From the IMG/VR virus record IMGVR_UViG_3300045988_113168: a stretch of DNA of 64,000 nucleotides. One strand, written 5' to 3'. Below, one piece after another: positions 49,529 through 58,842 of the stretch (positions within the stretch are counted from its first letter, which is position 1; each line of letters begins with the position of its first letter). This stretch comes from a virus. The notes below the pieces were generated by a model, which saw only the letters and a program-made list of their open reading frames with translations, was not told the DNA's origin and searched no databases. A program made the translations under genes and the position numbers.

Positions 49529-49584
49529 ACGACTTCAGAGAGCTAACCGTCTCGAAGAAAGCAAAACAAGAAGGAATCATATGA
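49525..49584 (+). pseudogene. 19-codon remnant duplicating the 5' end of gene 49916..50155
   Basis: MNDFRELTVSKKAKQEG compares with (M)NDFRKLAIPKKERLE at 49916. About four-fifths of nucleotides match over the first 40 nt. Confidence 0.45.
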
Positions 49585-49919
49585 GAAACATGTCAAAGAA
49601 AACTCGTAAAAAGGTTATGCAGATCATTAAGGCAAACTGCCATTTTGATAGTAAAGGGTATTGGTGGGGACCATATAAAAGTAGCCGTTTGTGGAAACCA
49701 TATAAAAGTAGCCGAATGTCCGCAATTTGGGAGTACATTATAACGGAAGATCGCTTTGGTTTTAGCGAGTTTGCGGCAGTATATGAGGATTTGGAGGAGA
49801 AATTTTCTCCATATTTCTATATTAACATTGTGTCTCCTGCACAGCTAACAAATCCACGTCTTCCAATCAATGTAAACAAACAGATTGTAAAGAAATTGGA
49901 AGAAGGCGGTTTTATTTGA
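49581..49919 (+). CDS. hypothetical protein (N-terminus paralogous to 6379..6666)
   Basis: Track ORF. Contains a 17-nt perfect repeat with 27-nt period (49671-87 / 49698-714), giving PYKSSRLWKPYKSSR. Confidence 0.65.
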   Translation: MRNMSKKTRKKVMQIIKANCHFDSKGYWWGPYKSSRLWKPYKSSRMSAIWEYIITEDRFGFSEFAAVYEDLEEKFSPYFYINIVSPAQLTNPRLPINVNKQIVKKLEEGGFI

Positions 49920-50155
49920 ATGACTTCCGAAAACTAGCCATCCCAAAGAAAGAACGACTTGAAGTTCAACTTACGGATGGCACAGAAGAACACAATATAC
50001 TCTACATAATTACATCTCTAGCCACTATTAAAGGTGCTGAGATTTTTAAAAATTTTCGTTTGTATTCTGTAGGCTCCGCCGGGGAGCTCAACTTATTAGA
50101 GAAGCAAGACGGCGATCCCTACTTTGATAAGCTGAAAGGAACAGAATATGAGTAA
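49916..50155 (+). CDS. hypothetical protein
   Basis: TTG start overlapping the upstream TGA. Track ORF. Confidence 0.55.
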   Translation: MNDFRKLAIPKKERLEVQLTDGTEEHNILYIITSLATIKGAEIFKNFRLYSVGSAGELNLLEKQDGDPYFDKLKGTEYE

Positions 50156-50495
50156 TTCAATGAACCGAGAAGACCGGCGCAGAGAGCAGCGTAAAGCACG
50201 AATCCTTGCCCGGCGAATCAAGAAGGCTGGTGGACCCGACTTTCTGGCTGGAATGCCGGTTGAAGAGTGGGAACCCAAGATTGGTGATGTGGTCACTATT
50301 AAGGTAAAGAGGATTCAGGGTAAGAAAGATTTCTTCAAGATGAGTCCGCAATATCAGGACTTTATCAATAGCCTTGAGGACGGAAAGCCTTACAAGATTA
50401 CCAGTACCGGCATGAAGGGTCAGGTCTACGGCATTGATGCACATCCTTATTTCCAGATTTGGAAGGGTGATATGGAACCCTACAAGGAGCCCTAA
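50148..50495 (+). CDS. hypothetical basic protein
   Basis: Track ORF. Confidence 0.6.
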   Translation: MSNSMNREDRRREQRKARILARRIKKAGGPDFLAGMPVEEWEPKIGDVVTIKVKRIQGKKDFFKMSPQYQDFINSLEDGKPYKITSTGMKGQVYGIDAHPYFQIWKGDMEPYKEP

Positions 50496-50755
50496 TGAAG
50501 CAGATGTACTTCAGGACGAACTATCATGCTTGTTATTGTGTGGAGTGCATGAATCAATTCATTTTAATGCAAAAAGGGTATTTTTATGATGTTATATGGG
50601 AGACGGATACTTATTATCTTGTATGTACAGATAAAGGTGATCCATTTCCACAATTATTTAGCATCGTAAAAATTCTCAAAGAAGATCTCGAAGATGATGT
50701 GTATGTCGTGACTGGTAAAAGCGAAAAACTTGAGGAAGGAGGTGGGGCGATATGA
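50495..50755 (+). CDS. hypothetical protein
   Basis: Track ORF with TAATG overlap. AAGGAG upstream. Confidence 0.6.
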   Translation: MKQMYFRTNYHACYCVECMNQFILMQKGYFYDVIWETDTYYLVCTDKGDPFPQLFSIVKILKEDLEDDVYVVTGKSEKLEEGGGAI

Positions 50756-50955
50756 TTGGTATTGACCATCGTGAGCAGGGTCGTAAGGAACGAGCCCTTG
50801 CAGAATATTATAGAACTTTGGCTCGATATCCTGTCGAGTGTGGAGAGCCGATTACATATCAGTTGTCAGAAGAGCAACTTAAACAGGTTCTCTGTGGAGA
50901 GGTTACTGTTGATGAGTTGATTGAAAGAGGTGAAGTAAATGAGAGACAGGATTAA
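50752..50955 (+). CDS. hypothetical small protein
   Basis: Track ORF with ATGA overlap. GGAGGTGG upstream. Confidence 0.6.
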   Translation: MIGIDHREQGRKERALAEYYRTLARYPVECGEPITYQLSEEQLKQVLCGEVTVDELIERGEVNERQD

Positions 50956-50956
50956 G

Positions 50957-51103
50957 ATGTGGATCGCTTTCATTAAGATTTTTAAGGATTATCTTATTGC
51001 GGTCGGAATCATGATTGTGCTGTGGTTGCTGTTTTGCCTTATCAAATATGGGATTTCAGTATCCAATTTTCCAGATTGGTTTAAATTTGCACTTCTAAAG
51101 TGA
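50957..51103 (+). CDS. small membrane protein (48 aa)
   Basis: Below the track cutoff. The hydrophobic core is LIAVGIMIVLWLLFCLI. Confidence 0.45.
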   Translation: MWIAFIKIFKDYLIAVGIMIVLWLLFCLIKYGISVSNFPDWFKFALLK

Positions 51104-51114
51104 AGGAGGATTAA

Positions 51115-51339
51115 ATGGTAACCGATATTCTTAATAGAGAGATTCATGTTGGCGATACGGTGCTTAGAGCTAGAACTCGAAAAGGTCGCGGAGTTCTTTG
51201 GAGCATTCATGAAGTTGTCTCCGTTATGAACGTAATGATTAAAGTTCAAGACGGAAAGTACACAACGAATGTTGCACCCAGGAATTGTATCGTAATTGAC
51301 GAGAGTGACATTCCTGAAAACTGGCAGGACGAATATTAA
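51115..51339 (+). CDS. hypothetical protein
   Basis: Track ORF with AAGGAGGA upstream. Confidence 0.65.
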   Translation: MVTDILNREIHVGDTVLRARTRKGRGVLWSIHEVVSVMNVMIKVQDGKYTTNVAPRNCIVIDESDIPENWQDEY

Positions 51340-51349
51340 GGAGAGTTGA

Positions 51350-52066
51350 ATGACTGTTGATTTGATCGCGTACACACAGCGAGTTGTTCCTACAAGTGAT
51401 AAGAATCCTTTAGATATTGTGGAGGAAGCTGCGAGTATTTGTTACGATTCTTCAATGACTGACGATTATAAGATTGCCAAGGGATGTAAGGCAAGCGGTC
51501 ACTATTCTGTGCTTGAGCACATCAATTTTACGTTTTACGTCAAAGATGTAAGCCGAGCACTTCTGGCGCAGATTAGTCGTCATCGACATATTAGCATGAG
51601 CTGCCGCAGCCAGCGTTATTGCAACGAGGATGGATTCAAATATGTGAACCCGTTTACCGGTGAAGATGCGGATGTTTTCGATAATATGATGTCGGACATT
51701 GATACCGATTATCAGATTCTCAAGAAGTATCACAACGCCAAAAACGAAGATGCCCGTGCAGTTCTGCCAAATGCTTGCTGTACAGAGTTTTACATTACGA
51801 TGAATGCTCGTGCTTTGATTGAGATGAGTCATCTTCGACTTTGTTCCAGGGCTCAAAAAGAAATCCGCGAGATGTTTACAGAAATGAAGAAGGAAGTTGC
51901 ACAGGTTTGTCCTGAAGTAGCAAACTGGATGGTTCCTTCCTGCGAGGCTAATCCGAAGTATCCGTTCTGCCCAGAAGGTCGTGGTTGCTGTGGTCGTCAC
52001 CCGAAGCTGGCAGATGTTTATAAGTCTATTGAAAAGAATAAGGAGGTTATTGATGGAAACACTTGA
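51350..52066 (+). CDS. thyX: FAD-dependent thymidylate synthase ThyX
   Basis: ThyX signature RHRHISMSCRSQRY (RHR-x7-S), plus the HYSVLEH and ARALIEMSHLR regions. Confidence 0.85.
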   Translation: MTVDLIAYTQRVVPTSDKNPLDIVEEAASICYDSSMTDDYKIAKGCKASGHYSVLEHINFTFYVKDVSRALLAQISRHRHISMSCRSQRYCNEDGFKYVNPFTGEDADVFDNMMSDIDTDYQILKKYHNAKNEDARAVLPNACCTEFYITMNARALIEMSHLRLCSRAQKEIREMFTEMKKEVAQVCPEVANWMVPSCEANPKYPFCPEGRGCCGRHPKLADVYKSIEKNKEVIDGNT

Positions 52067-52538
52067 CGAAATTAAGAAGAATGTCGAGCACCCGTCCCAT
52101 TACGGCGGTGCAGACAATCCCTACGAGGCCATCAAAGTACTGCGAGAGTGGCAACTGGACAAGGATGCTTATCTTTGGAATGTTGGTAAGTATCTGAGCC
52201 GTGCAGGGCACAAGGATGGCAATTCACTGCTTCAAGATTTGACGAAGGCACGTTGGTATTTGGACTATAAAATCCGACTTTTAGAGGAACAACAGAAGAT
52301 TGCTGAAAATGTCGTAGATACGCTCAAGAAAGTTCCTAGTGAGGTCACTGATAAGCTGACTACGATGCCGAAAAAAGACAGCCAAGGAAATTTTTACGAT
52401 CCTAGACTTAATTGTTTGGTAAACGATTGCGTTTACCGTCCTGATGATTCATTCAAAGAAAAGCTGGCAAAAGCAAAGCCGATGTGCAACATCGAGACTG
52501 CCGTGGTTCCTGATTGTGCTGATGAGGTCAAGTTCTAA
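52053..52538 (+). CDS. DUF3310 (SaV-like) family protein
   Basis: ATG 52053 after AAGGAGG. HPSHY...YEAIKV...WNVGKYLSRAGHKDG...DLTKARWYL matches the DUF3310 pattern common in phages. Confidence 0.6.
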   Translation: METLDEIKKNVEHPSHYGGADNPYEAIKVLREWQLDKDAYLWNVGKYLSRAGHKDGNSLLQDLTKARWYLDYKIRLLEEQQKIAENVVDTLKKVPSEVTDKLTTMPKKDSQGNFYDPRLNCLVNDCVYRPDDSFKEKLAKAKPMCNIETAVVPDCADEVKF

Positions 52539-52551
52539 GAGGTTTACATAA

Positions 52552-52644
52552 ATGAGATACAACTGGGAATATCCGCTGGTAGCGTTGATGCTCCTAGCTA
52601 TGATAATGACATTTTGGTTTTCTAAGGTCGTCCTTGGAATTTAA
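52552..52644 (+). CDS. small membrane peptide (30 aa)
   Basis: Below the track cutoff. Contains the hydrophobic stretch LVALMLLAMIMTFWF. Weak SD. Confidence 0.3.
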   Translation: MRYNWEYPLVALMLLAMIMTFWFSKVVLGI

Positions 52645-52656
52645 AGGAGTGATTGC

Positions 52657-54867
52657 ATGGAATATGTGATTAAACGCGATGGAACGAAAGTTCCTTTTGA
52701 TAAAAGTAAGATTGTAAATGCGATTGAGAAGGCGATGAATGATTCTTCAGATCCTGTTGACCACAAGCTGAGTGATAGTATTGCATCGGAAATCGCAGCC
52801 ATTGACTCTACTATGGATGTAGAAGCGATTCAGAATGCAGTTGAGAATCGTCTTATGCAGAGTGGCTATTACGAGACGACTCGTTCTTATATGAATTACC
52901 GATATCTGCATGGTATTGCTCGCAGCAATTATAAAGAGCTGATGGATGCAGTCGAAGAGAAACTTCTCGGCAAAAAGATTGATAACCAGAATGCCAATGT
53001 TGATGAAGCATCTTTTGGCGGTCGTATTGGCGAGATGAGCCGGGTGGTTTCAAAGCGATATGCCCTTGACTACTGCATGTCTAAGATGGCTCGTGAAAAT
53101 CACGAGAACAACGAGATTTATATCCACGATCTCGATAGCTACGCAGTTGGTATGCACAATTGCTTGAGTATTCCGTTTGATGATCTGCTTGCGAATGGTT
53201 TTAACACTCGACAGACTGATGTTCGCCCTGCACAATCCATCAGTACGGCATTCCAGCTTGTCGCAGTCATCTTCCAGATTCAAAGTCTTCAGCAGTTCGG
53301 CGGCGTGAGCGCAACACACCTAGACTGGACTATGGTTCCTTATGTACGGAAGAGCTTTTCGAAGCATTTTAAAGATGGGATTAAATACCTTCAGCCTGAA
53401 GATGACCCCAATAGAGTACCCAAAGAATTATCTTTTAATGACTTAGAGGCTAATGATCCAAGGAATGCAAAAGTGTATCAGTATGCAATGGACATGACAA
53501 AGCGAGAATTGAATCAAGCCGTTGAAGGCATGTACCATAATCTGAATACACTCCAATCACGTAGCGGAAATCAGCTTCCGTTCACGTCTATCAACTATGG
53601 CACATGTACGTTGCCTGAAGGCCGAATGGTTATCGAAGCATTGCTAAATGCTTCCATTAAGGGTATCGGCAAATTACATAGAACTAGCATTTTCCCTTGT
53701 GGTATTTTCCAGATGGCTAAGGGAATCAATCGTGCTCCCGGGGACCCTAATTACGATATGTATCAGCTGGCACTGCGTTCCACCGCACAGCGTCTTTATC
53801 CTAATTATGCCAATGTCGATTGGAGCGGCAATGAAGGATACGATAAAAATAACGTAAAAACGTATTTTTCTACGATGGGCTGTAGGACTGCAAATGGTTG
53901 GGATGTCAACGGCTTTGAGCAGTTGAAGGATGGCCGAGGGAATATCTGTCCTGTTACGATTATTCTTCCTACTCTTGCAATGGAAGCGAAGGAGTGCATC
54001 ATTAAAAACGCCACTGGAGAAGACCTTGAAGGACAGACTGTAGCCAAGTTTATGTCCATGCTTGACCAGAAGTTGCATGAAGCAAAAGATATGCTGATTG
54101 AACGCTTCGAGTGGATTTGTTCTCAGTCTCCTGAGTCTGCAAAATTCATGTGGGAGAATGGAACCATGGCCGGATATGACGGAAGAGATATTCGTTCTGC
54201 TCTGAAACATGGCACGTTGGCTGTTGGTCTGCTCGGCATGGCTGAAACTCTTCAGATTTTGATTGGAGAAGATCAAACTTGTGATAATGGCCTTGAGCTT
54301 GCAAAGAAAATTTGTCAGCTCTACAAAGATCGCTGCGACGAATTCAAGCACAAGTATTCTTTGAATTTTGGCGTGTACTTTACGCCCGCAGAAAACCTTT
54401 GTTTTACTGCCATGCAGAGATTTAAGGCTAAATATGGTGATATCAAAAATGTTTCAGACAAAGAGTTCTTCACTAACAGTGTCCATGTTCCGGTATGGCG
54501 AGAAGTGACACCGTTTGAAAAGATCGATATTGAGTCTCAGCTTGACGGATATTCAAGCGCAGGCTGCATCGCGTATGTAGAGCTCGACTCGACTGTAAAG
54601 AATAATCTCGGTGCGCTGGAAACAATTGTGAACTATGCAATGGATCATGACATTCCGTATTTTGCAGTGAATGTTCCAAATGATACCTGTATGGAGTGCG
54701 GCTATTGCGATGAGATTGGTGATACTTGCCCTGAGTGTGGTAGCCACAACATTCGACGTCTTCGTCGTGTGACGGGATATCTCACGGGCGATTATACAAC
54801 GGCTTTCAATCTTGGTAAGCAGCAGGAAGTTGAGCTTCGTGTTAAGCACAATCGAGTGATTCATTAA
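52657..54867 (+). CDS. nrdD: anaerobic ribonucleoside-triphosphate reductase NrdD (class III)
   Basis: The N-terminal ATP-cone begins YVIKRDGTKVPFDKSKI. A C-terminal Zn site CMECGYC..CPECG is followed by the glycyl-radical motif RRVTGYL. Confidence 0.9.
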   Translation: MEYVIKRDGTKVPFDKSKIVNAIEKAMNDSSDPVDHKLSDSIASEIAAIDSTMDVEAIQNAVENRLMQSGYYETTRSYMNYRYLHGIARSNYKELMDAVEEKLLGKKIDNQNANVDEASFGGRIGEMSRVVSKRYALDYCMSKMARENHENNEIYIHDLDSYAVGMHNCLSIPFDDLLANGFNTRQTDVRPAQSISTAFQLVAVIFQIQSLQQFGGVSATHLDWTMVPYVRKSFSKHFKDGIKYLQPEDDPNRVPKELSFNDLEANDPRNAKVYQYAMDMTKRELNQAVEGMYHNLNTLQSRSGNQLPFTSINYGTCTLPEGRMVIEALLNASIKGIGKLHRTSIFPCGIFQMAKGINRAPGDPNYDMYQLALRSTAQRLYPNYANVDWSGNEGYDKNNVKTYFSTMGCRTANGWDVNGFEQLKDGRGNICPVTIILPTLAMEAKECIIKNATGEDLEGQTVAKFMSMLDQKLHEAKDMLIERFEWICSQSPESAKFMWENGTMAGYDGRDIRSALKHGTLAVGLLGMAETLQILIGEDQTCDNGLELAKKICQLYKDRCDEFKHKYSLNFGVYFTPAENLCFTAMQRFKAKYGDIKNVSDKEFFTNSVHVPVWREVTPFEKIDIESQLDGYSSAGCIAYVELDSTVKNNLGALETIVNYAMDHDIPYFAVNVPNDTCMECGYCDEIGDTCPECGSHNIRRLRRVTGYLTGDYTTAFNLGKQQEVELRVKHNRVIH

Positions 54868-54897
54868 CGTGTAAGTGGTGGGTTGGTGGGATTACAT

Positions 54898-54975
54898 ATG
54901 AAAGAAATTATTGTTTTCTTTGTGATTGTATGGGTTATCGCCTATTACATTTTAAAAGATAACTACAAAGGTTAA
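54898..54975 (+). CDS. small membrane peptide (25 aa)
   Basis: Below the track cutoff. Sequence MKEIIVFFVIVWVIAYYIL. Confidence 0.35.
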   Translation: MKEIIVFFVIVWVIAYYILKDNYKG

Positions 54976-54985
54976 GGAGATACTT

Positions 54986-55837
54986 ATGAAGAAATTTATG
55001 GCAATTTTTGTTGCATTTCTCGTTGCAGTTGGCGTAGTGCTTTGTACCGAGCGGGTACATACCGGTTATGTAGGTGTTGTGTATTCTGCCAAGGGTGTTG
55101 AGCAGCAGACTATTTCTCAGGGCTGGCACTTTATGAGTCCCCTGAAGCATGTGTCTGAGTTCCCGATTACTCAGCAGCGAGTGGTATTTTCTAATGCTCC
55201 GTCCGACTATGGCGCAAAGGAACACGCAGATTGGCACATTGACGCTCCTGCTAATGGCGGTACGATTGCAATCAATCTGACTGTAAACTATAACTTCCTG
55301 CCGGAGCATGTTGTTGAACTGTACACCAAGTTTGGTGGCATGGATGGTGAGAGCCTGATGGAGAGCAAAATCCAGAATGACATTATTGCTTATGTTAAGG
55401 AAGTCACTCCTCAGTTCAGTGTTATGCAGATTTATTCTGATGACCGTGCAGGTGTTAATACTGCAATCACCAACTATCTGAATGAGAAGTTGACCGCAGA
55501 ATATGGTATCAATGTTTCTTCCGCACTGATTGTTGACGCACAGCCTGATGATACCCTGATGCAGAAGATTCGTGCTAAGGAGCAGGCAAAGCAGGACGCA
55601 GAGATTGCTGAGCTGAATAAGCAGACCGCTCTGGCTCAGGCAGAGACTGATAAAGTTAAGGCACAGACGGAAGCTGACGTTAAGATGATTGAAGCACAGG
55701 CCGAGGCTGATGCAAATAAGGTGCTTTCCGAATCTATCACTCCTGAACTGATTCAGATGAAGGAAGCAGAAGCTCGCCTGAAGCATGGTTGGGTTACCGT
55801 ACAGGGTGCCGATACAGTCGTTACCAAGGGTGAGTAA
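54986..55837 (+). CDS. SPFH / band-7 (prohibitin-flotillin-HflK/C) domain membrane protein
   Basis: N-terminal TM segment, then VHTGYVGVVYSAKGV..QGWHFMSP typical of SPFH. The C-terminal tail is an Ala/Glu/Gln-rich coiled coil. Confidence 0.7.
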   Translation: MKKFMAIFVAFLVAVGVVLCTERVHTGYVGVVYSAKGVEQQTISQGWHFMSPLKHVSEFPITQQRVVFSNAPSDYGAKEHADWHIDAPANGGTIAINLTVNYNFLPEHVVELYTKFGGMDGESLMESKIQNDIIAYVKEVTPQFSVMQIYSDDRAGVNTAITNYLNEKLTAEYGINVSSALIVDAQPDDTLMQKIRAKEQAKQDAEIAELNKQTALAQAETDKVKAQTEADVKMIEAQAEADANKVLSESITPELIQMKEAEARLKHGWVTVQGADTVVTKGE

Positions 55838-55852
55838 ACGAGGCTTTATAAA

Positions 55853-56080
55853 ATGAAAATTCTTAAAAATTCTGGTGACACATTCTTCAAACGCATTGGA
55901 ATTGGCGAAGCGTTTTATTGGGGTGGAGACCTGTTTATTAAATTGCAACCATGTGAAGATTTAAATGGGATCACTGCTGTTTGCTTAAAAGATGGACACT
56001 CGTATCTAATGAGTGACCATGATATTGTGCAAGTAGCTCATGTTCATATTGAAGAGGATAAGCCGGAGGTGATGGTTTGA
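55853..56080 (+). CDS. hypothetical protein
   Basis: Track ORF. Confidence 0.55.
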   Translation: MKILKNSGDTFFKRIGIGEAFYWGGDLFIKLQPCEDLNGITAVCLKDGHSYLMSDHDIVQVAHVHIEEDKPEVMV

Positions 56081-56271
56081 ACTCATTTAAGAATATTCTA
56101 GGAGCAATCCTTGTGTTTGCAGTAACCTACTTTGTGTCGTGGACAATCTCCACTGCACTCATCTGGGTTATTTATCAGCTATTCAGTTTGAATTTTAATA
56201 TCAAAGTTGCGACAGGCATTTGGCTGGTGCTTATTTTGATTGAAGGATTCTTGAAAGGAAGTCGAAAGTAA
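56077..56271 (+). CDS. two-pass membrane protein
   Basis: TTG start overlapping the upstream TGA. Two hydrophobic segments. Confidence 0.5.
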   Translation: MNSFKNILGAILVFAVTYFVSWTISTALIWVIYQLFSLNFNIKVATGIWLVLILIEGFLKGSRK

Positions 56272-56549
56272 TGGGGTGGTATCGTAAGAAACCTGTTGTC
56301 GTCGAAGCATTTCAGCTTGGAATTGATTATATTCCGGACTGGTTTATGAATAAGGTGACAGACAGAACGGTTACTTTGCATGGGTTGAGTAGCGGATTTA
56401 TTCACGTTCCAGACACTAACGCAGACATCGAAACGTTGGAAGGTGTGATGCACGCAAACTACGGAGACTATATTATCCGTGGCGTGAACGGAGAGATTTA
56501 CTCTTGCAAGCCCGATATCTTTGAAAAGACATACGAGGAAGTAAACTAA
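56271..56549 (+). CDS. hypothetical protein
   Basis: Track ORF with TAATG overlap. Confidence 0.6.
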   Translation: MGWYRKKPVVVEAFQLGIDYIPDWFMNKVTDRTVTLHGLSSGFIHVPDTNADIETLEGVMHANYGDYIIRGVNGEIYSCKPDIFEKTYEEVN

Positions 56550-56585
56550 CAAGCAGGGTGGGTGTGGTGGCATGAAGGGAGCTAT

Positions 56586-56762
56586 ATGAATTATTGGTCA
56601 GTAGAAGTCCTGTTTTATGAAGATGGAATTCAGGCAACTAATACATATTATGTCCGAGCATACGATCAGAATGAAGCTATGAATAAGGCACGGCATCGTT
56701 TTGAAAAATCTCATCCCGGTATGAGCTGCATGGTTCAGAATGTAGAAAAGGCAGGTGGCTGA
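56586..56762 (+). CDS. hypothetical small protein
   Basis: ATG 56586 after GAAGGGAG, inside track ORF 56562..56762. Confidence 0.55.
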   Translation: MNYWSVEVLFYEDGIQATNTYYVRAYDQNEAMNKARHRFEKSHPGMSCMVQNVEKAGG

Positions 56763-56763
56763 G

Positions 56764-57114
56764 ATGGACTTCAAATGTAAGTGTGGCAGTAAATCTCTCT
56801 TTATCCAGAACAAAGGTAGCCAGATTGGTCTGTATTGCTCTGTTTGTGGTAAGTGGCAGAAATGGCTCACCAAGGACGAAGTGAGACAGTTTGAGTACGA
56901 GACGAATACGTTGGACTCAAAAGGAAACAATCCTGATGATGATTTTTATGAAAAATTCGCCTTAACTCCATGGGGCTGCCTACACTGTGCTTTTAGAGAT
57001 TTTGGACTAGATCTTCCTGAAATACCTGGTAAGATGGCCGATACTCTTATGGAAGATTTCTTCGAGATTATGAAAAAGCACGGATTGTGGAGAAAGAGTA
57101 AGAATGATTGCTAA
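56764..57114 (+). CDS. zinc-ribbon-containing hypothetical protein
   Basis: ATG 56764 after AGGTGG. CKCG...CSVCG. Confidence 0.6.
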   Translation: MDFKCKCGSKSLFIQNKGSQIGLYCSVCGKWQKWLTKDEVRQFEYETNTLDSKGNNPDDDFYEKFALTPWGCLHCAFRDFGLDLPEIPGKMADTLMEDFFEIMKKHGLWRKSKNDC

Positions 57115-57259
57115 AATCTTGAAACGTCTACTCCGTTGGTTTCTTCCAGAATGCAGCCGATGTGGTGGTGTGATGCTCTACGATGCAAAACATAGTTGGT
57201 ATGATAAATGGCACTTCGTCTGTGACACTTGCGGTAGAGAGAAATGGGGGACTTTATGA
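57104..57259 (+). CDS. zinc-ribbon mini-protein (51 aa)
   Basis: Below the track cutoff. CSRCGG...CDTCG. Overlaps the upstream gene end. Confidence 0.5.
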   Translation: MIAKILKRLLRWFLPECSRCGGVMLYDAKHSWYDKWHFVCDTCGREKWGTL

Positions 57260-57322
57260 AACTATGGGGGCGTTTTTACAAACTTTTATGACGGCATCAC
57301 GATTGACGGTAGAGAAGTTCTT

Positions 57323-57625
57323 GTGTCTGAACATGATACGAAAGATGATGCATTAAAAGAGGCAATTAGATACGGACTTCAAATTCTGAATCATTTCAAA
57401 ACAGATGACTTTATGAATGAACGTCTGTATGGAAAACAAGAACCTGACGATAAGTATAAACTGACTGTTGCGTACGAACCTGCTTCCGTTACTCTTTACG
57501 AAAAACGAGAGACCGATATGGTTCCAGTTCGTAAATGGCCTTGTAAAGAAGTTTACGATATGGATTCGGAAGATTTATTTATGTTCTCTATCGAGGGGAA
57601 TGCGGGGTTGTTTACAACTTTATAA
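57323..57625 (+). CDS. hypothetical protein
   Basis: Track ORF with GTG start. The 63 nt upstream are open in the same frame back to the TGA of the previous gene. Confidence 0.5.
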   Translation: MSEHDTKDDALKEAIRYGLQILNHFKTDDFMNERLYGKQEPDDKYKLTVAYEPASVTLYEKRETDMVPVRKWPCKEVYDMDSEDLFMFSIEGNAGLFTTL

Positions 57626-57650
57626 AAGTGCCGTTTTAGGAGGTGCCAAT

Positions 57651-58046
57651 ATGAAAAAGTGGACTAAAGACATTCTTGAAGCTAATGGATATGAGCTGAG
57701 AAACGCATACATTAAAAATGTATCTTTTGGAATAAAAGATTACGGATTTCTTTCTCTTGCACTCACTTTAGAAGGTGATGGATGGGGAGTAAATTACATA
57801 GGCCCTTCTATCGGTAGAAGATTCTACATCAATGGAGAGTTTATTAAAGATGGGAATGCCGCAAATTTTGAAGGTTATGAAGGCGGAGCTGAAGCTATCG
57901 TAAGAATTTTAGATGTTGTTGATTGTTCTGAACTTGAATCACTAAAAGGAAAATATATCCGTGCAGCTATCAAAAGAGGAGAGTCTGTGAAAATCATCGG
58001 TAACATCATCAAAGATCAGTGGTTTGATTTACGGTTCATTCTTTGA
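57651..58046 (+). CDS. hypothetical protein
   Basis: ATG 57651 after AGGAGGTG, inside track ORF 57468..58046. Confidence 0.65.
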   Translation: MKKWTKDILEANGYELRNAYIKNVSFGIKDYGFLSLALTLEGDGWGVNYIGPSIGRRFYINGEFIKDGNAANFEGYEGGAEAIVRILDVVDCSELESLKGKYIRAAIKRGESVKIIGNIIKDQWFDLRFIL

Positions 58047-58094
58047 TGATATGGTAAACGACGCTGACGATAATAAGGGTACTGAGGTAGAGTG

Positions 58095-58274
58095 ATGACA
58101 GATGAAGAAAAACTCAATTTATACCATAGACTTTTCAAAAGAATGAAAGCAAGAGCTTTATTGATGTCTACGGCAGAAAAGCATACCTATATGAGAGCCG
58201 TTGGCACGAACGAATTAAAATGGATTCTTAAAAAGGAACTTGAATTATCAGATGAGGATTTAAAACATGATTAA
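58095..58274 (+). CDS. hypothetical small protein
   Basis: Track ORF with GAGGTAGAG upstream. Confidence 0.55.
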   Translation: MTDEEKLNLYHRLFKRMKARALLMSTAEKHTYMRAVGTNELKWILKKELELSDEDLKHD

Positions 58275-58428
58275 CAATCCTTTTGTAGAAGATGGTATCA
58301 TTTCCTGCCAGTGCTGTGGCAGTGGTGAATATCTCTTTAATGAAGATGGTAACCGTAATGGTTACTGTGGTAACTGCGGGGCTAGAATCGACTGGCCGGA
58401 GGACAACGATGAAGAAAGTAACACTTGA
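58267..58428 (+). CDS. zinc-ribbon mini-protein (53 aa)
   Basis: Below the track cutoff. CQCCG...CGNCG. Overlaps both neighbours. Confidence 0.5.
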   Translation: MINNPFVEDGIISCQCCGSGEYLFNEDGNRNGYCGNCGARIDWPEDNDEESNT

Positions 58429-58756
58429 ACTTTTGGTTGATGAAAACGGAGACGAAGATATCAACCCAATTAAGAGTGAGATCGAGAGTGCTTTTCAACA
58501 TTGTTATCATAATATAAAGTTGGTTTCATACGAAGAAGAAAGCATCGATGCACGATGGTTTTGCGCGAAAGACGTAACTCCTCCAGTCCCAGAGTACGGA
58601 ATGTGTTCAGAGGATGTCATCATAAAATACAAGGACGGAACAGAAAGCGTTGCGTGCATCACATTTAATGGTGAGTGGTATGATACTGATTATTATGAGG
58701 TTGCCGATACGGTAGTGTATTGGCGATACATGACAGATGATGAGAAAAATTCCTGA
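58409..58756 (+). CDS. hypothetical protein
   Basis: ATG 58409 after GGAGGA, inside track ORF 58292..58756. Confidence 0.6.
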   Translation: MKKVTLELLVDENGDEDINPIKSEIESAFQHCYHNIKLVSYEEESIDARWFCAKDVTPPVPEYGMCSEDVIIKYKDGTESVACITFNGEWYDTDYYEVADTVVYWRYMTDDEKNS

Positions 58757-58842
58757 TTTTTTGCTAAAATTATTTAACGCATTATCGCAATAAATTCTTG
58801 ACAAATTTTGATAGAATTCCGCTTTTATTAGAAAGGAAAAGT

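Noticed and set aside
57257-57322. In-frame TGA joining the zinc-ribbon ORF 57104..57259 to 57323..57625. The frame is the same, and the 63 intervening nt are open and protein-like (NYGGVFTNFYDGITIDGREVL).
   Set aside because: TGA is used as a normal terminator by roughly half of the genes here. A GTG start at 57323 with a weak purine-rich SD is available. Twenty-one open codons can occur by chance. It is only worth revisiting if homologues turn out to be fused.
58798-58842. TTGACA at 58798-58803 upstream of the lipoprotein gene, as a possible promoter.
   Set aside because: No acceptable -10 hexamer lies 16-18 nt downstream. The nearest TAGAAT is only 8 nt away.
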